From the NCBI GenBank assembly GCA_963724295.1, contig CAVRUC010000010.1:192001-256000 (forward strand): a DNA stretch of 64,000 nt, in the 5' to 3' direction. Source of the DNA: an uncultured Chloroflexia bacterium (lineage in GTDB: Bacteria > Chloroflexota > Chloroflexia > Thermomicrobiales > UBA6265). Shown in pieces: positions 29,259-39,592 of the stretch (the first letter of the stretch is position 1; each line of letters opens with the position of its first letter). The notes under the pieces are model-generated. The model was not told the origin of the DNA, did no database searches, and worked only from the letters and a program-made list of their open reading frames with translations. The position numbers and the translations under genes are program-made.

Positions 29259-29735
29259 TCAGGTCAGGATCACGACCACCCGGTCGCGTTCGATCTCCAC
29301 CGCGTACGTCTCCGCCTGCAGCTCCTCGACCTCGACCGGGTAGCTCTTCACCCGGGTGCGATTGGGGTCGAACACCGAACGCCCCGTCGCCAGATCGAAC
29401 TCCCAGCCGTGCCATGGGCAGCGCAGGATCTCCCCCTCGCGGCTGTAGGTGATCTGGCCCGGCCGTTCCGCCGTCACCAGACCGACGGTCCGTCCCAGGC
29501 AGAGGGGTCCGCCCTGGTGCGGGCAGCTGTTGCGTAGCGCGTAGAAACGGCCGTCGACGTTGAACACCCCAATCGAGCGGCCAGCCGACGTCGGCGATCA
29601 GCCGCTCGCCGGGCGGAATATCTCTCACCCGCGCCACGACATGTCGAGAGGCGGAGGTCGGAGGATCGGGTGGTCGGTACTTCCGACTTCGCCAGCGGCA
29701 ACGATCTTCCGACCTCCGACTTCGTCAGAAGCCAT
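29259..29735 (-). CDS. Rieske [2Fe-2S] ferredoxin, frameshifted, start uncertain
   Basis: RHVVARVRDIPPGERLI, CPHQGGPL, CPWHGWEFD. Confidence 0.85.
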
Positions 29736-30832
29736 AGAGCTCCCGCGCGTTTTCGGCGAAGATTCGCCGCTTGAGGTCTGCCGGCAGGCGAGGAAATGCC
29801 TGCTGCGGTGAATCGAAGTCCCAGTGGGGATAGTCGCTGGAGAACATCAGCGATGTGCTCGGCGTCCATCATCTCGAAAAGCTGCAACAGCTGCTTGTCG
29901 TCGTCCGGCTCCTCGATCGGCTGCGTCGTCAGGCGGAAATGCTCGCCGGATGATCTCGCTCGGCTTTGTGCGTCAGCCAGGGGCACTCGGAGCGCAAGCG
30001 CTTTCCAGTTCTTGTCCAAACGCCACATCACGTGCGGCACCCAGCCGAACCCGCCCTCGATGAGCGCGAATTTCAATCCGGGGAACTTCTGGAACGTGCC
30101 TTCGGCGACGAGACTGATCATTTGTGCCTGGAACGCCTGAGACATGCCGGTGTGCCACTCCAGATAATAGGAAGGCCACCCAGCCGACGTCGGCGGGTGC
30201 ATGATCCCGATGCCGCCGAAGTGCATTCCCGCCACGAGGCCGTTGCGCTCGCAGGCTTCCCAGATGGGATCGTAGAACTGCTGCCCGTACGGCATGCGCG
30301 AGCCGGCCGAAAAGAGAATCTGGACGATGTCCGGCCGCGAACCGAGACGGTCGATCTCCTTGGCCGCCGCCTGAGGATCCTGCATGGGGACGGTCAACGA
30401 GCCCCGGAAGCGCGGATCCTGGCTCAACCAGGCGTCGATCATCCAATCGTTGAGCGCGCTCGACAGGGCAGCCGCAAATCCGGCATTGGCGAGAAAGGCG
30501 ACGTTGTAGAACTGACCGGTGAGGATCGCGATGTCGACGCCCCACTCGTCGAGTAGCTGGCGGCGGAAGAGATCGACGTCGGACCCAGCGGAGCCGACGT
30601 CGCCCGGACGGGCATCGACCCGCTCGCCACCACCGACACCTTTGGGATAGGGTGAGTTGGGCAGTGATTTGAACTGGCTCTCGACGACGTAGTCCGCCCA
30701 GTACCGGGGGAGGTAGGGCAGCACGTCCTGCGGACCGCGCCAGTTGTGATGGGCATCGCAGTCGATGAGGGAAAGCTCGCGCGGGCTCTCGCCCTCGAGC
30801 GCGGGTCGGGGTTCGTGAGCGACGGCCGACAT
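29725..30832 (-). CDS. Amidohydrolase_2 family protein, frameshifts in 3' part
   Basis: IDCDAHH, GMHFGG, IEGGFGW, TQPIEEP, MFSSDYPHWDFD in shifted frame, ends ELYGF*. Confidence 0.85.
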
Positions 30833-30933
30833 CCCGGTATCCTCCTGGAGGTACGAGCGCGAATCGCGGCTGGGAGTATTGTCTCCGATCGCCACGGTTC
30901 GCGAGCATGAGGAACGGAGAAATGGGGGGACCG

Positions 30934-31863
30934 GTGACACCATTTCCTTTCAGATTCGGGGTGCAGAGCCGCAGCGCCGGCCCGCGCCAGCCATGGCTGG
31001 AGACGGTGCGACGGATCGAAGCGCTGGGCTACGACTCGATAAGCTGGCCGGACCACTTCGTGCGGGGGTTCGAGCCGGTGGCGGCAATGGCCGCTGCAGC
31101 CATCGCCACCGAGCGGCTGCGTCTCTCCGGTTTCGTCTTCGACAACGACTTCCGGCACCCCGTCGTGCTGGCCATGTCCGCCGGCTCGATCGACGTCCTC
31201 TCCAACGGTCGCCTGGAGCTTGGCATCGGCGCCGGCTGGCTGAAGGACGAATACGACCAGTCAGGTATCCCATTCGACCCGGCCAGCGTGCGCATCGCCC
31301 GCCTGGAGGAGGCCGTTCATCTCCTGAAGCTCCTCCTCAGCGGTGAGCGGACGACGTTCTCCGGCCAGTTCTACAGCGTCGATGGCTTGCAAATACCCCC
31401 GGCGCCGGTGCAGCGGCCCCACCCGCCGCTGGTGATCGGCGGGGGCAGCCCCAAGATTCTCTCCCTTGCGGCGCGGGAGGCGGACATCGTCGGCATCACC
31501 ACGCGGGCACTCCCTGATGGCTCCAAGGACGCCGCGGATATGACCGCCGCCGCGACCGAGCGCAAGATCGCCTGGGTGCGCGAGGCGGCGGGTGATCGCT
31601 TCGATCAGATCGAGCTCAATATCATCTGCCCCACCGTCGAGATCACGAACGACCGCCGCGCCGCGGCCGAGCGACTGGCCGCGGATCTTCCCGTCACCGC
31701 GGAAGATGTGCTCGACTCACCGGTGGTCCTGATCGGCACCGTCGACGAGATCGCGGAGACGCTCCAGGAACGGCGGGAACGCTACGGCTTCTCCTACATC
31801 GTCGTTCTGGAACCGGTGGTAGAGGCGTTCGCCCCGGTCGTGGAGCGTCTGACGGGTCGCTGA
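30934..31863 (+). CDS. LLM class F420-dependent oxidoreductase
   Basis: EALGYD..PDHF, NDFRHPVVLA, GRLELGIGAGW, PVQRPHPPLVIGGG. Confidence 0.92.
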   Translation: MTPFPFRFGVQSRSAGPRQPWLETVRRIEALGYDSISWPDHFVRGFEPVAAMAAAAIATERLRLSGFVFDNDFRHPVVLAMSAGSIDVLSNGRLELGIGAGWLKDEYDQSGIPFDPASVRIARLEEAVHLLKLLLSGERTTFSGQFYSVDGLQIPPAPVQRPHPPLVIGGGSPKILSLAAREADIVGITTRALPDGSKDAADMTAAATERKIAWVREAAGDRFDQIELNIICPTVEITNDRRAAAERLAADLPVTAEDVLDSPVVLIGTVDEIAETLQERRERYGFSYIVVLEPVVEAFAPVVERLTGR

Positions 31864-31998
31864 ACCGGAGCGCGGGAGCGCCGCTGAACGATCTCGTCGC
31901 CGATAATGACATCCAGGATCGCGACTCAGGCGTTACAGACGACAAGGGAACGGTTGTCGGCGCGAGAAATCCCCGCTCCGATCTGGAGGAGACGCCCC

Positions 31999-32508
31999 AT
32001 GGATGAAAAGCGTTTTGACACAATGGCTCGCGGCATGGCCCGGCACTCGTCACGGCGCGGCGTGCTTGGCGGGGTGCTCGGCGCCGCGTTGACCCTGGTG
32101 GGGGGATCGTCCGCCATGGCAATCCGGGGCAGGCTTCGCCGAGCCAATCGCGGCGGTAGTGGCCAGGATGAGACCGCCACCGCATCGGACTACCTCCCTG
32201 ACGGAGCCCTCGTCGGCGGAGTCCTGGAAGAGACGATCGAGATGTGCCACGTCGATCCGGAAACGGGTGGCTACCGCATCGTGCCCGTCAGCATGGTCGC
32301 CGTTCCGGAGCAACTGCAGCGGGGCCACACCCTCTATATCGACTGCTGTGTCTCGACCGACTGCGCCTCGACCGACTGCTGGACGGCCAAGGGCTGCGTC
32401 TCCGGTGCTTGCTCCTTCGACGTTGCCATCAATGCTTCATGCAATCTCGAAAATGGCGTTTATGGCATCTGCCGCGGCGACGGCGTCTGCGTGCCGGTCA
32501 GCACCTGA
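31999..32508 (+). CDS. Tat-type secreted protein with Cys-rich C-terminus
   Basis: MDEKRFDTMARGMARHSSRRGVLGG leader; MCH..DCCVSTDC..C..C..C..C..C..C. Confidence 0.8.
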   Translation: MDEKRFDTMARGMARHSSRRGVLGGVLGAALTLVGGSSAMAIRGRLRRANRGGSGQDETATASDYLPDGALVGGVLEETIEMCHVDPETGGYRIVPVSMVAVPEQLQRGHTLYIDCCVSTDCASTDCWTAKGCVSGACSFDVAINASCNLENGVYGICRGDGVCVPVST

Positions 32509-32524
32509 GTGGCCATCGGGTGAT

Positions 32525-32556
32525 GACGTGGAGGTTGGCGCGCCAACCTCCACGTC
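32525..32556. terminator. Perfect 32-bp palindrome between convergent genes
   Basis: GACGTGGAGGTTGGCGCGCCAACCTCCACGTC. Confidence 0.6.
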
Positions 32557-32632
32557 TCTCAGGTCGAGTATAAGGCGGCGGATTCCCGTGGGCTCTGCTC
32601 TCGCTTGACACTCCTGTCAGCCAGAAGCTGGT

Positions 32633-33641
32633 CTACGTAAGCTCTCTCAGCAGGTCCAGGGCGTTCATCTCCGACCAACTCTCGACGATCTTGCCGCAGT
32701 CGATGCGGTAGATGTTGATGCCGGTGATTTGCACCGTCTTGCCGGTGGCGGGCAGACCGAACATTGGCCCCTGGTGCGTCGCGCTCGCCGACCAGCGCAC
32801 CACCACCAGATCGCCATCAGCAAACGTGTCTTCGTCGCTCTGGACAATGTCGGGGAAGGCTTCGAGCAGCCGGGCGAGCCCCGCTTTGACCTCCGGCACG
32901 CCGTGCGCATCGGGGAACATCCCGAAATGGTGGACGACCGGGGGATCGAGGATCTCGTCGAGGACGTCGAGGTTCTTGCCGGTGATCACATTCTCCGACC
33001 AGCGGTGGGCAATGGCGACATTTGCGTCGCTGGAGTCATCGGCGCACGGTGTTGCTATAGGAGCGCTCATGGCAGCCCGCGCCTGAGCAGCAGGGGTTGC
33101 CAGGAGGGCGGGGATGTCGGTCGCACCGAGCTGACTCAATAGACCGAGGTGATCGGCCTCACTCCATGATTCGACGATCTGACCGCACTGGAAGCGGAAG
33201 ATGTTGGTTCCCTGCCAGCTCACTTCGCGGTTAGTCGGCGCGATTCCCTGCCACTCGCCACGCTGCGTGCCGGTTGCCGTCCAGCGCGTCGCCGCCAGAT
33301 CGCCCTCGGCCGCGACCAGATCGACGGTGAACTCCAGATCGGGGAAGGCGGTGAAGAACAGACCCCAACGCTCAGAAAACTCCTCGAACCCTGTCGTATC
33401 CCCGCCGATGCCCCAGTGATGGACTTCGTCCGGCGCGACGATCTCCGCGATCTTGCCCTGATCGCCCCACCACACTTCGTCCCAGTACATCGTCGCCAGC
33501 TCTTCGTTTTCCTCTGCTGTCGTCACCGGGCATTCGGCCGCGGGCGTCGCCTGCTGTGCGCGGCCGACCATGGGGCCGGGGATCACCAGCAGTCGAGCTA
33601 GCCAGAATCATCAAGACGGCGAATCGGAAAAACCGGCCCAT
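32633..33641 (-). CDS. Secreted tandem SnoaL-like ester cyclase; frameshift in signal peptide near 33590
   Basis: Two AFPD..EGD/DGDLV..RW..GTQ/TH.G..TG..G.NI.R..CG.IVESWSE domains. Confidence 0.85.
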
Positions 33642-33734
33642 GCGACCTCCTCGAGACGAGCTATGAGCAACCAGTCGAATCTCGATCCTCCTAGCAAGAC
33701 TGACACCAGTCCCCGTGACCCATCACCCGTCGTC

Positions 33735-34718
33735 CTATGACCCACTTTCCCGGGCTTGCTCGAGCAGAGCGATGTTGATGGCGCCCTCCGCTCCGGTCGC
33801 CCCCTCATAGGCCCGGCCAGCGGTCCAGGCGGCGAAGGCGGCGACCTGGGATTCGTACGGGTTCGGAGCGGTGTCGTAGGAGCGGACCGTGCCATCCGAA
33901 AGCGACAGGCGTCCTCCGGCCGCCCCCAGCCGGGGCACGAATACGCCGGTCGCGATGGCCCATCCGCCCGTGCCATACACCTCGACCCGGTTGGCGGGAC
34001 CCTGCACCCCGGTCGCCGATTCGACTACCGCGGTGGCATCGCCCAGTTGCAACAAGAGGACCGCAAGGTCTTCGACAGCGACCGACCAGTGCTGCGTGCT
34101 GAGCCGGCTGCCGAGCAGCTGGGGTTGCGCGAAGTCAGTCAGCCACAGCGCCGCGTCGAGCGTGTGAGTGCCGATGTCCATGATGGCCCAGCCGCCGGAG
34201 GTATTCTGGCGGAGTCGCCAGGTCTCGGGCAGACCCGCGTACCGCGTCTGCCAGCTGGCCCGGATGTACGCGATCTCACCCAGCGCACCCTCGCGGACCC
34301 GCGCCCGCAGGTCACGCAGCGCCGCGTGGAATCGTCCTTGATAGCCAACCGCCAGCCGCCGTTCACGCCGCTCGGCCAGATCGGCGAGGTCGCGCGCACC
34401 GCCGCCGGTGATGGCCAGCGGTTTCTCCGCCAGGACGTGCTTGCCGGCCTCGAGCGCCATGCGGGTGTGCTCTTCGTGAAGGTGATTGGGTGAGGCGATC
34501 CAGACCGCATCGACGTCGGGATCGCGCAGCATGGCGTCGAGCGACGCGTAGGTGCGCGGAGCGCCATGCCGGACAGCGAACGCCGCCGAGCCCTGGGGAG
34601 ACGATCCGGCCGCGCCGAGCAGCTCCTGTCCCGCGTTGCGCAGGACCGGCGCGAAGACCGCGTCGGCAAATCCACTCGTGCCGACCAGCCCCCACCGCAA
34701 GCGAACCAGATCATCCAT
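33735..34718 (-). CDS. Gfo/Idh/MocA oxidoreductase
   Basis: WGLVGTSGFA, IASPNHLH, KHVLAEKP, MDIGTH. Confidence 0.92.
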   Translation of the reverse strand: MDDLVRLRWGLVGTSGFADAVFAPVLRNAGQELLGAAGSSPQGSAAFAVRHGAPRTYASLDAMLRDPDVDAVWIASPNHLHEEHTRMALEAGKHVLAEKPLAITGGGARDLADLAERRERRLAVGYQGRFHAALRDLRARVREGALGEIAYIRASWQTRYAGLPETWRLRQNTSGGWAIMDIGTHTLDAALWLTDFAQPQLLGSRLSTQHWSVAVEDLAVLLLQLGDATAVVESATGVQGPANRVEVYGTGGWAIATGVFVPRLGAAGGRLSLSDGTVRSYDTAPNPYESQVAAFAAWTAGRAYEGATGAEGAINIALLEQARESGS

Positions 34719-34810
34719 GCGCGTCTCCTCGAGCAAGGTCATTTTCTCAGTCACGCGGGACGCGCGCTCGCGGCACCCGGTGCAGCGTAACACCACCGTG
34801 CGGGACTCTC

Positions 34811-34895
34811 GTGTCATCTCCAGGCGCGAAGACGCTCAGTCCGTTGCGTCCGCATGCGCGGCCACGAAATTCCTCGCTGGCGCTCGGAACGACAC
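34811..34895. repeat. Degenerate copy of the GTGTCAT..GACAC palindromic element
   Basis: gtgtcatctc..acgaaattcctcgctggcgctcggaacgacac matches the 3' arm of 10111-10203. Confidence 0.6.
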
Positions 34896-34926
34896 ACCGC
34901 ATGCAACGCGCTCTAGTCGCTTGCAG

Positions 34927-34962
34927 CGCCCCTACAGGGTAGGGGCGACGCTTGCGTCGCCC
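34927..34962. repeat. GTAG-type REP-like sequence
   Basis: cgcccctac-agg-GTAGGGGCGACGC-tt-GCGTCGCCC. Confidence 0.6.
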
Positions 34963-35014
34963 GCGTCTCACCTTGGCGCGATGGGACGATCGCCGAAACC
35001 AGGTGCCTACCCAA

Positions 35015-35845
35015 TCAGCAGCTCTTTGTGAGAATCAGTGGCCCCAGGTCGGCTACAGAATCGACGACCACGTCGGCCTGCGCCTCCTCCACCGGGCCGA
35101 CCGGCTTGCCGGTGCGTACCAGCACGCCGACCAGGCCAAGTCGCCGGGCCGGCGCCAGATCGTTGCGCGCGTCGTCGCCGACCATCGCCAGCTCAGTCGC
35201 CGGCAGACCGATGTCGCGGATGGCCTGGCGGAAGAACGCGGCCGCCGGTTTGCCAACGACGGTCGCCCGCGTCCCCGCCGCCGTCGCCAGGGCGGTGATG
35301 AAGGGTCCGCTGTCGAGCGCCATACCCTCGGCCGTCCGCCAGGCGGTGTTGCGGTGCATGGCTACGAGCCTGGCCCCGCCCAGGAGCAGCCGGTAGGCAT
35401 GGTTGAGGCGCGCGTAAGTCAGCTCATCTTCCGCCCCACCGATGACGACCACGCCGGCATCAGGCGCGCCGTCCGGGCCGACGATCGGGACACCCGCGGC
35501 ATGAAAGTCGGCGACGGCATCACCCTTCGCCAGCAGATAGCAGGGCACCCCCGGGAAGCGACGGCGCACGTAGGCGGCGGTCGCCATCGACGCCGTGATC
35601 AACAGCTCCTCAGTGAGAGGCAGCCCCATGTCGCGCAGCCGTGCGGCAAGGGTGGCGCGGCTGGCAGTCGTGGTGTTGGTCAGCAGCCGGAACGGGATCT
35701 CCCGCGCCACGAGATCGCCCAGCAGATCCGCCGCGCCTGAGATCGGCTGTGACGCGACGTGGAGAACGCCGTCGACATCGAAGAGCCACCCACGCACCCG
35801 CGCCAGGGTGGTCCCCGCGGTCAGCGAGGAAGTGATCTGGGCCAT
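35015..35845 (-). CDS. HAD-IIA family hydrolase
   Basis: FDVDGVL, LLTNTT, VVGKP, MVGDD, VRTGK. Confidence 0.92.
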   Translation of the reverse strand: MAQITSSLTAGTTLARVRGWLFDVDGVLHVASQPISGAADLLGDLVAREIPFRLLTNTTTASRATLAARLRDMGLPLTEELLITASMATAAYVRRRFPGVPCYLLAKGDAVADFHAAGVPIVGPDGAPDAGVVVIGGAEDELTYARLNHAYRLLLGGARLVAMHRNTAWRTAEGMALDSGPFITALATAAGTRATVVGKPAAAFFRQAIRDIGLPATELAMVGDDARNDLAPARRLGLVGVLVRTGKPVGPVEEAQADVVVDSVADLGPLILTKSC

Positions 35846-35967
35846 CTCTTGAAGTCCCTGACTGACGACTTCGCTATCACGGTGTGATAGCGATCGACCG
35901 CGATGAAGTCAACCATGGTCATTTCACCATCGGACCGGCGTATTCATTGCTGAAGTTGGCGTATGCA

Positions 35968-36261
35968 ATGGCTAGCGTGAAGAATATGCAGATGATGGCT
36001 TTCTTGCGCACGCTCCCCAACACGCTCTGGTGGATCACCCTGTTCCTGGCGGTAGTGGCGTTCTTCACCCAGATTGGCATCGCCGTGGCCCGCAGCGGCT
36101 CAGTTTCGGTCGGGATGCTCGTGACGGAGTTCATCTTCACCCTGGTTTTCCTCGCTATCCCGCTTGGCATCGGCTGGTACGGCCGGCAACGGGGCTCACT
36201 CTGGCACACCGCGGGCGGCCTCTTCCTCCTCCTCGCCATGGCCAGGATCTTTTTCTTCTAG
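35968..36261 (+). CDS. Small 3-TM membrane protein, start uncertain
   Basis: Three hydrophobic helices, GC3-biased codons. Confidence 0.6.
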   Translation: MASVKNMQMMAFLRTLPNTLWWITLFLAVVAFFTQIGIAVARSGSVSVGMLVTEFIFTLVFLAIPLGIGWYGRQRGSLWHTAGGLFLLLAMARIFFF

Positions 36262-36320
36262 GGTGATGGGTTAGGGTCAAGGTGATGGATCGTTGGGTCA
36301 TCGAGCGGTGGATCCCAAGA

Positions 36321-36410
36321 GGTGTCATCCTGAGCCGAAGGCGTGAGGATCTCGTCGTTTGCAACCAACGCGGGACTACGACGAGATTCTTCGTGCGCTC
36401 GGAATGACAC
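36321..36410. repeat. Palindromic REP/MITE-like element, copy 2
   Basis: GTGTCATCCTGAGC..GAGGATCTCGTCGT..ACGACGAGATTCTTC..GCTCGGAATGACAC. Confidence 0.8.
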
Positions 36411-36491
36411 GATGTCGGCGATCAGCGACCTAGCTCTGGCGGTCCATGACTTACGACCCACGACTCACGACTCACGACTCGTGACCCGACC

Positions 36492-37586
36492 ATGACTGAC
36501 TTCGTCCCCGGGCTTCAGCTGAGTGAGGCGCTCTACCGTGAGGCCGTTGCCCCGATCCTCGCACGGGAGTTTCCCGGGCTCGTCCACTCCGCGGCCCGCA
36601 TCGGGACGGGTTCGGATGTGCTCGGGTTCGACACCGTCCGTTCGACCGACCACGAGTGGGGACCCCGGCTGCTGCTCCTCCTCTCCGAGACCGATGCGGC
36701 CACCCATGGACCGGCGATCGTCGAGACGTTGCGCCACACCCTGCCGCGGGAGATCCGTGGATATCCGACCAATTTTGGCCCGACGCACGAGGCCAGGGTC
36801 AGCGTTCTCCAGCCGGTAGAGGGTGGCCCCGTCGAGCACAAGGTCGAGGTGACCACCCCATCCCAATTCCTGCAGGAACGGCTGGGAATCACCTCTGCCC
36901 GCGAGCTCGACGTCCTGGACTGGCTCACGTTTTCGGAGCAAGCGCTGCTCGAGGTCACCGCCGGTGCGGTGTTCCATGATGGGCTCGGGACGCTGGCAGA
37001 GGCGCGCCGGCTCCTTGCCTACTACCCGCACGACATCTGGCTCTATCTTCTCGCCGCGCAATGGGCCCGCATCTCCCAGCAAGAACCGTTTGTGGGACGG
37101 ACCGGGGAGGTCAGGGACGAGCTCGGATCGGCGCTGGTCGCCGCGGACCTCGTCCGGGACGTGATGCGCCTCGGGTTCCTCATGGAGCGGCGATACGCCC
37201 CGTACAGCAAGTGGTTCGGCAGCGCCTTTGCCCGCCTCGCGTGCGCCGCTCAGCTGAGACCACATCTGGACGCGGTTCTCTCGGCTCGCGGATGGCACGA
37301 TCGGCAGCAGCACCTCGTCCATGCCTACGAGATCGTTGCCGCCATCCACAACGATCTGGGCATCACTGAGCCCTTATCGACTCGAGCGTCCCAATTCCAC
37401 GGCCGGCCATTCCTCGTCATCCAGGCCGGCGAGTTCGCGGACGCAATTCGCGACCAGATCCGGGACGAGCGAGTGCGCAACCTGCCGGAAGCCATCGGAT
37501 CGATCGACCAGTTCGTCGACTCCACCGACGTTCTATCGAACACCGCGGTCCGACGGCAGGCGAAGGCGATCTACGGGAGTGTCTGA
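36492..37586 (+). CDS. DUF4037 domain protein (nucleotidyltransferase-like)
   Basis: IGTGSDVLGFD..STDHEWGPR, DWL..EQALLEVTAGAVFHD, YAPYSKW. Confidence 0.88.
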   Translation: MTDFVPGLQLSEALYREAVAPILAREFPGLVHSAARIGTGSDVLGFDTVRSTDHEWGPRLLLLLSETDAATHGPAIVETLRHTLPREIRGYPTNFGPTHEARVSVLQPVEGGPVEHKVEVTTPSQFLQERLGITSARELDVLDWLTFSEQALLEVTAGAVFHDGLGTLAEARRLLAYYPHDIWLYLLAAQWARISQQEPFVGRTGEVRDELGSALVAADLVRDVMRLGFLMERRYAPYSKWFGSAFARLACAAQLRPHLDAVLSARGWHDRQQHLVHAYEIVAAIHNDLGITEPLSTRASQFHGRPFLVIQAGEFADAIRDQIRDERVRNLPEAIGSIDQFVDSTDVLSNTAVRRQAKAIYGSV

Positions 37587-37668
37587 GTCGGCAAGACGGC
37601 AAGACCGTTCACAATGCCTTCCCATACCGGGGCTTTACGGCACGCAATAATGTCAGGGAGCAGAAAAG

Positions 37669-37890
37669 ATGAAGCTTCACTACGACCCGAACACAGACTC
37701 CCTGTACATCGACCTCAATGCCAGGCTGGGAGCCGACGCGCGAGAGATTGCCGATGGGCTGGTCGTGGACTTCGACGCGGAGGGCCGTCCCGTCGGCATC
37801 GACATCCAGCACGCCTCTCGCAACCTCGACCTGTCCACCCTGGAAACCCAAGCCTTGCCGGCATTCAATGTCAGCTGGTTGAGGCGCTAG
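37669..37890 (+). CDS. DUF2283 domain protein
   Basis: MKLHYDPNTDSLYIDL..VDFDAEGRPVGIDI. Confidence 0.88.
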   Translation: MKLHYDPNTDSLYIDLNARLGADAREIADGLVVDFDAEGRPVGIDIQHASRNLDLSTLETQALPAFNVSWLRR

Positions 37891-37993
37891 ATCCGGTCCC
37901 GTCTTTCCCCTTCACCCCCTTGAGCGCGAGCCGCGAGCGGCTGGCCCCCCCTGAGCCGAAGGCGTCACCCCCTGCGGCGAAGCCGCCACCCCC

Positions 37994-38830
37994 TCAAAAC
38001 GTGTACGTCTCACCGTGGCTCAGATAATGGACCCGGTCTTCGAGCCCCGCGGCGCGCACTTCGTCCTGGAAGTCGGAGAGCGGCGACGTGAAGACGTCGT
38101 AGTCGTTGTAGTGAATCGGGATGGCCAGGGCGGGATCGACGATCCGCATCGCCTCCACGCCCTGCTTCGCGTCCATGCTGACCAGGATCCCCAGGACCCG
38201 CGTGCCGCCCAGGTGCAGCAGGGCAATGTCGATGTCGGGGAAGCGGCGCGGGATCTCCCGCAGCTCGTCGATGACGAGCGTGTCGCCGGTGATGTAGATC
38301 CGCGATGCGCGACCGTCGGCCGTCGTGACGTCGAGCACGCTGCCCATCACGTCGGGGAGGACGAGATCGACCATTGGCGGGCCGTGACGCGCCGGGGTGG
38401 CGGTGATCCGCAATCGCGCCGGCCCCTTCTCCACGTCCAGGGACTCCCAAACATCCAGCGGGATGCAATTGGTGAACCCGCGCTCCTCCAGGTCATTGGC
38501 GGACTGCGGGGTGGTCACGATCGGCAGCGCGCGGTCGAGGTCGCGCTCGGCCACCTGGTCGAAATGATCGCCGTGGAAATGCGAGAGCAGGACCAGATCG
38601 AGCGGCGGCAGATCCGCCAACTCCATAGCGGGATCGGTCAGGCGGGTGGTGTGCAGCCCGCCGCCGAGCCAGGTCTGCTCGTGCTTGTGGATGAACGTCG
38701 GGTCGGTCAGGATCGTGAACCCGGCGACCCGAATCAAGACTGTCGCGTTGCCGATGAAAAAGATCGAGCCCTCATTCGTCGCATCGGCTGCCGCTGTGTC
38801 CGGCAACGTGAGGGTGTTGGTAACAGCCAT
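37994..38830 (-). CDS. MBL-fold metallo-hydrolase
   Basis: IGNATVLI, LTDP, LSHFHGDHFD, TGDT, IPIHY. Confidence 0.9.
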   Translation of the reverse strand: MAVTNTLTLPDTAAADATNEGSIFFIGNATVLIRVAGFTILTDPTFIHKHEQTWLGGGLHTTRLTDPAMELADLPPLDLVLLSHFHGDHFDQVAERDLDRALPIVTTPQSANDLEERGFTNCIPLDVWESLDVEKGPARLRITATPARHGPPMVDLVLPDVMGSVLDVTTADGRASRIYITGDTLVIDELREIPRRFPDIDIALLHLGGTRVLGILVSMDAKQGVEAMRIVDPALAIPIHYNDYDVFTSPLSDFQDEVRAAGLEDRVHYLSHGETYTF

Positions 38831-38964
38831 CGTCCCCCTCCTTTCGCGGAGGGAGACGCACCCGGCATGCCACGGGACGGCGGTGGCAGGGTCACTGGGT
38901 GGCAGGGTGGCGGGGAGTCAATCTTCCTGCCACCCCGCGACCCTACTACCCCGCTACCCTCGTC

Positions 38965-39561
38965 CTAGAAGCCGGCCCGGAGCACCGACAGCAACCCGCC
39001 GAAGAGCGCCGAACTGATCCCGAAGACCACGGTCAAGATAATGTCGACGATGAGGATGCCGATCAATGCCACCAGACCGGTGCCGATCGCTCGACCGGTA
39101 TCGAACTCGAATGCCTCGCGCAGCGCCAAGATCGCCGCGGCGAGGAACCAGATGAAGACGACCAGCCCCACGATCCAGCCCAGTAAGGGGATGATCCCCA
39201 GCACCAGGAACAGCTTTGGCGCATGCGCGAACCCGATGGTGCGCAGCACCTGCCCCGGCGTGGCTGACGTCTGGCCCGTAGAGAAGAGACTCGCCCCGAC
39301 GTAGTACGCGACAAACGAGAAGATGACCCATTGCAGGATGGACGACAGCACGACCCCGAGCACGTTTTGGACAACGTCGCGGCTCAGAATGACCCCGATG
39401 CCGGCGGCAAGCGCTGCCAGCACGATTGTCAGCGCGGCCTGCCCATTGGCATTGGTATCCTGCTCGACCTCCCGGTAGGTGCGCGCATCGAGCCTGAGCG
39501 CACCAACTAGGCGATCGGCATACGATGCGGAGCGAGTCGAACCGTACGGTGTTGGTTGCAT
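38965..39561 (-). CDS. Yip1 family membrane protein
   Basis: RLVGALRLDARTYREVEQD, VLRTIGFAHAP, IPLLG. Confidence 0.8.
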   Translation of the reverse strand: MQPTPYGSTRSASYADRLVGALRLDARTYREVEQDTNANGQAALTIVLAALAAGIGVILSRDVVQNVLGVVLSSILQWVIFSFVAYYVGASLFSTGQTSATPGQVLRTIGFAHAPKLFLVLGIIPLLGWIVGLVVFIWFLAAAILALREAFEFDTGRAIGTGLVALIGILIVDIILTVVFGISSALFGGLLSVLRAGF

Positions 39562-39592
39562 TGCGAGCCTCCTTGCTCTGTGCCACCGCCAA

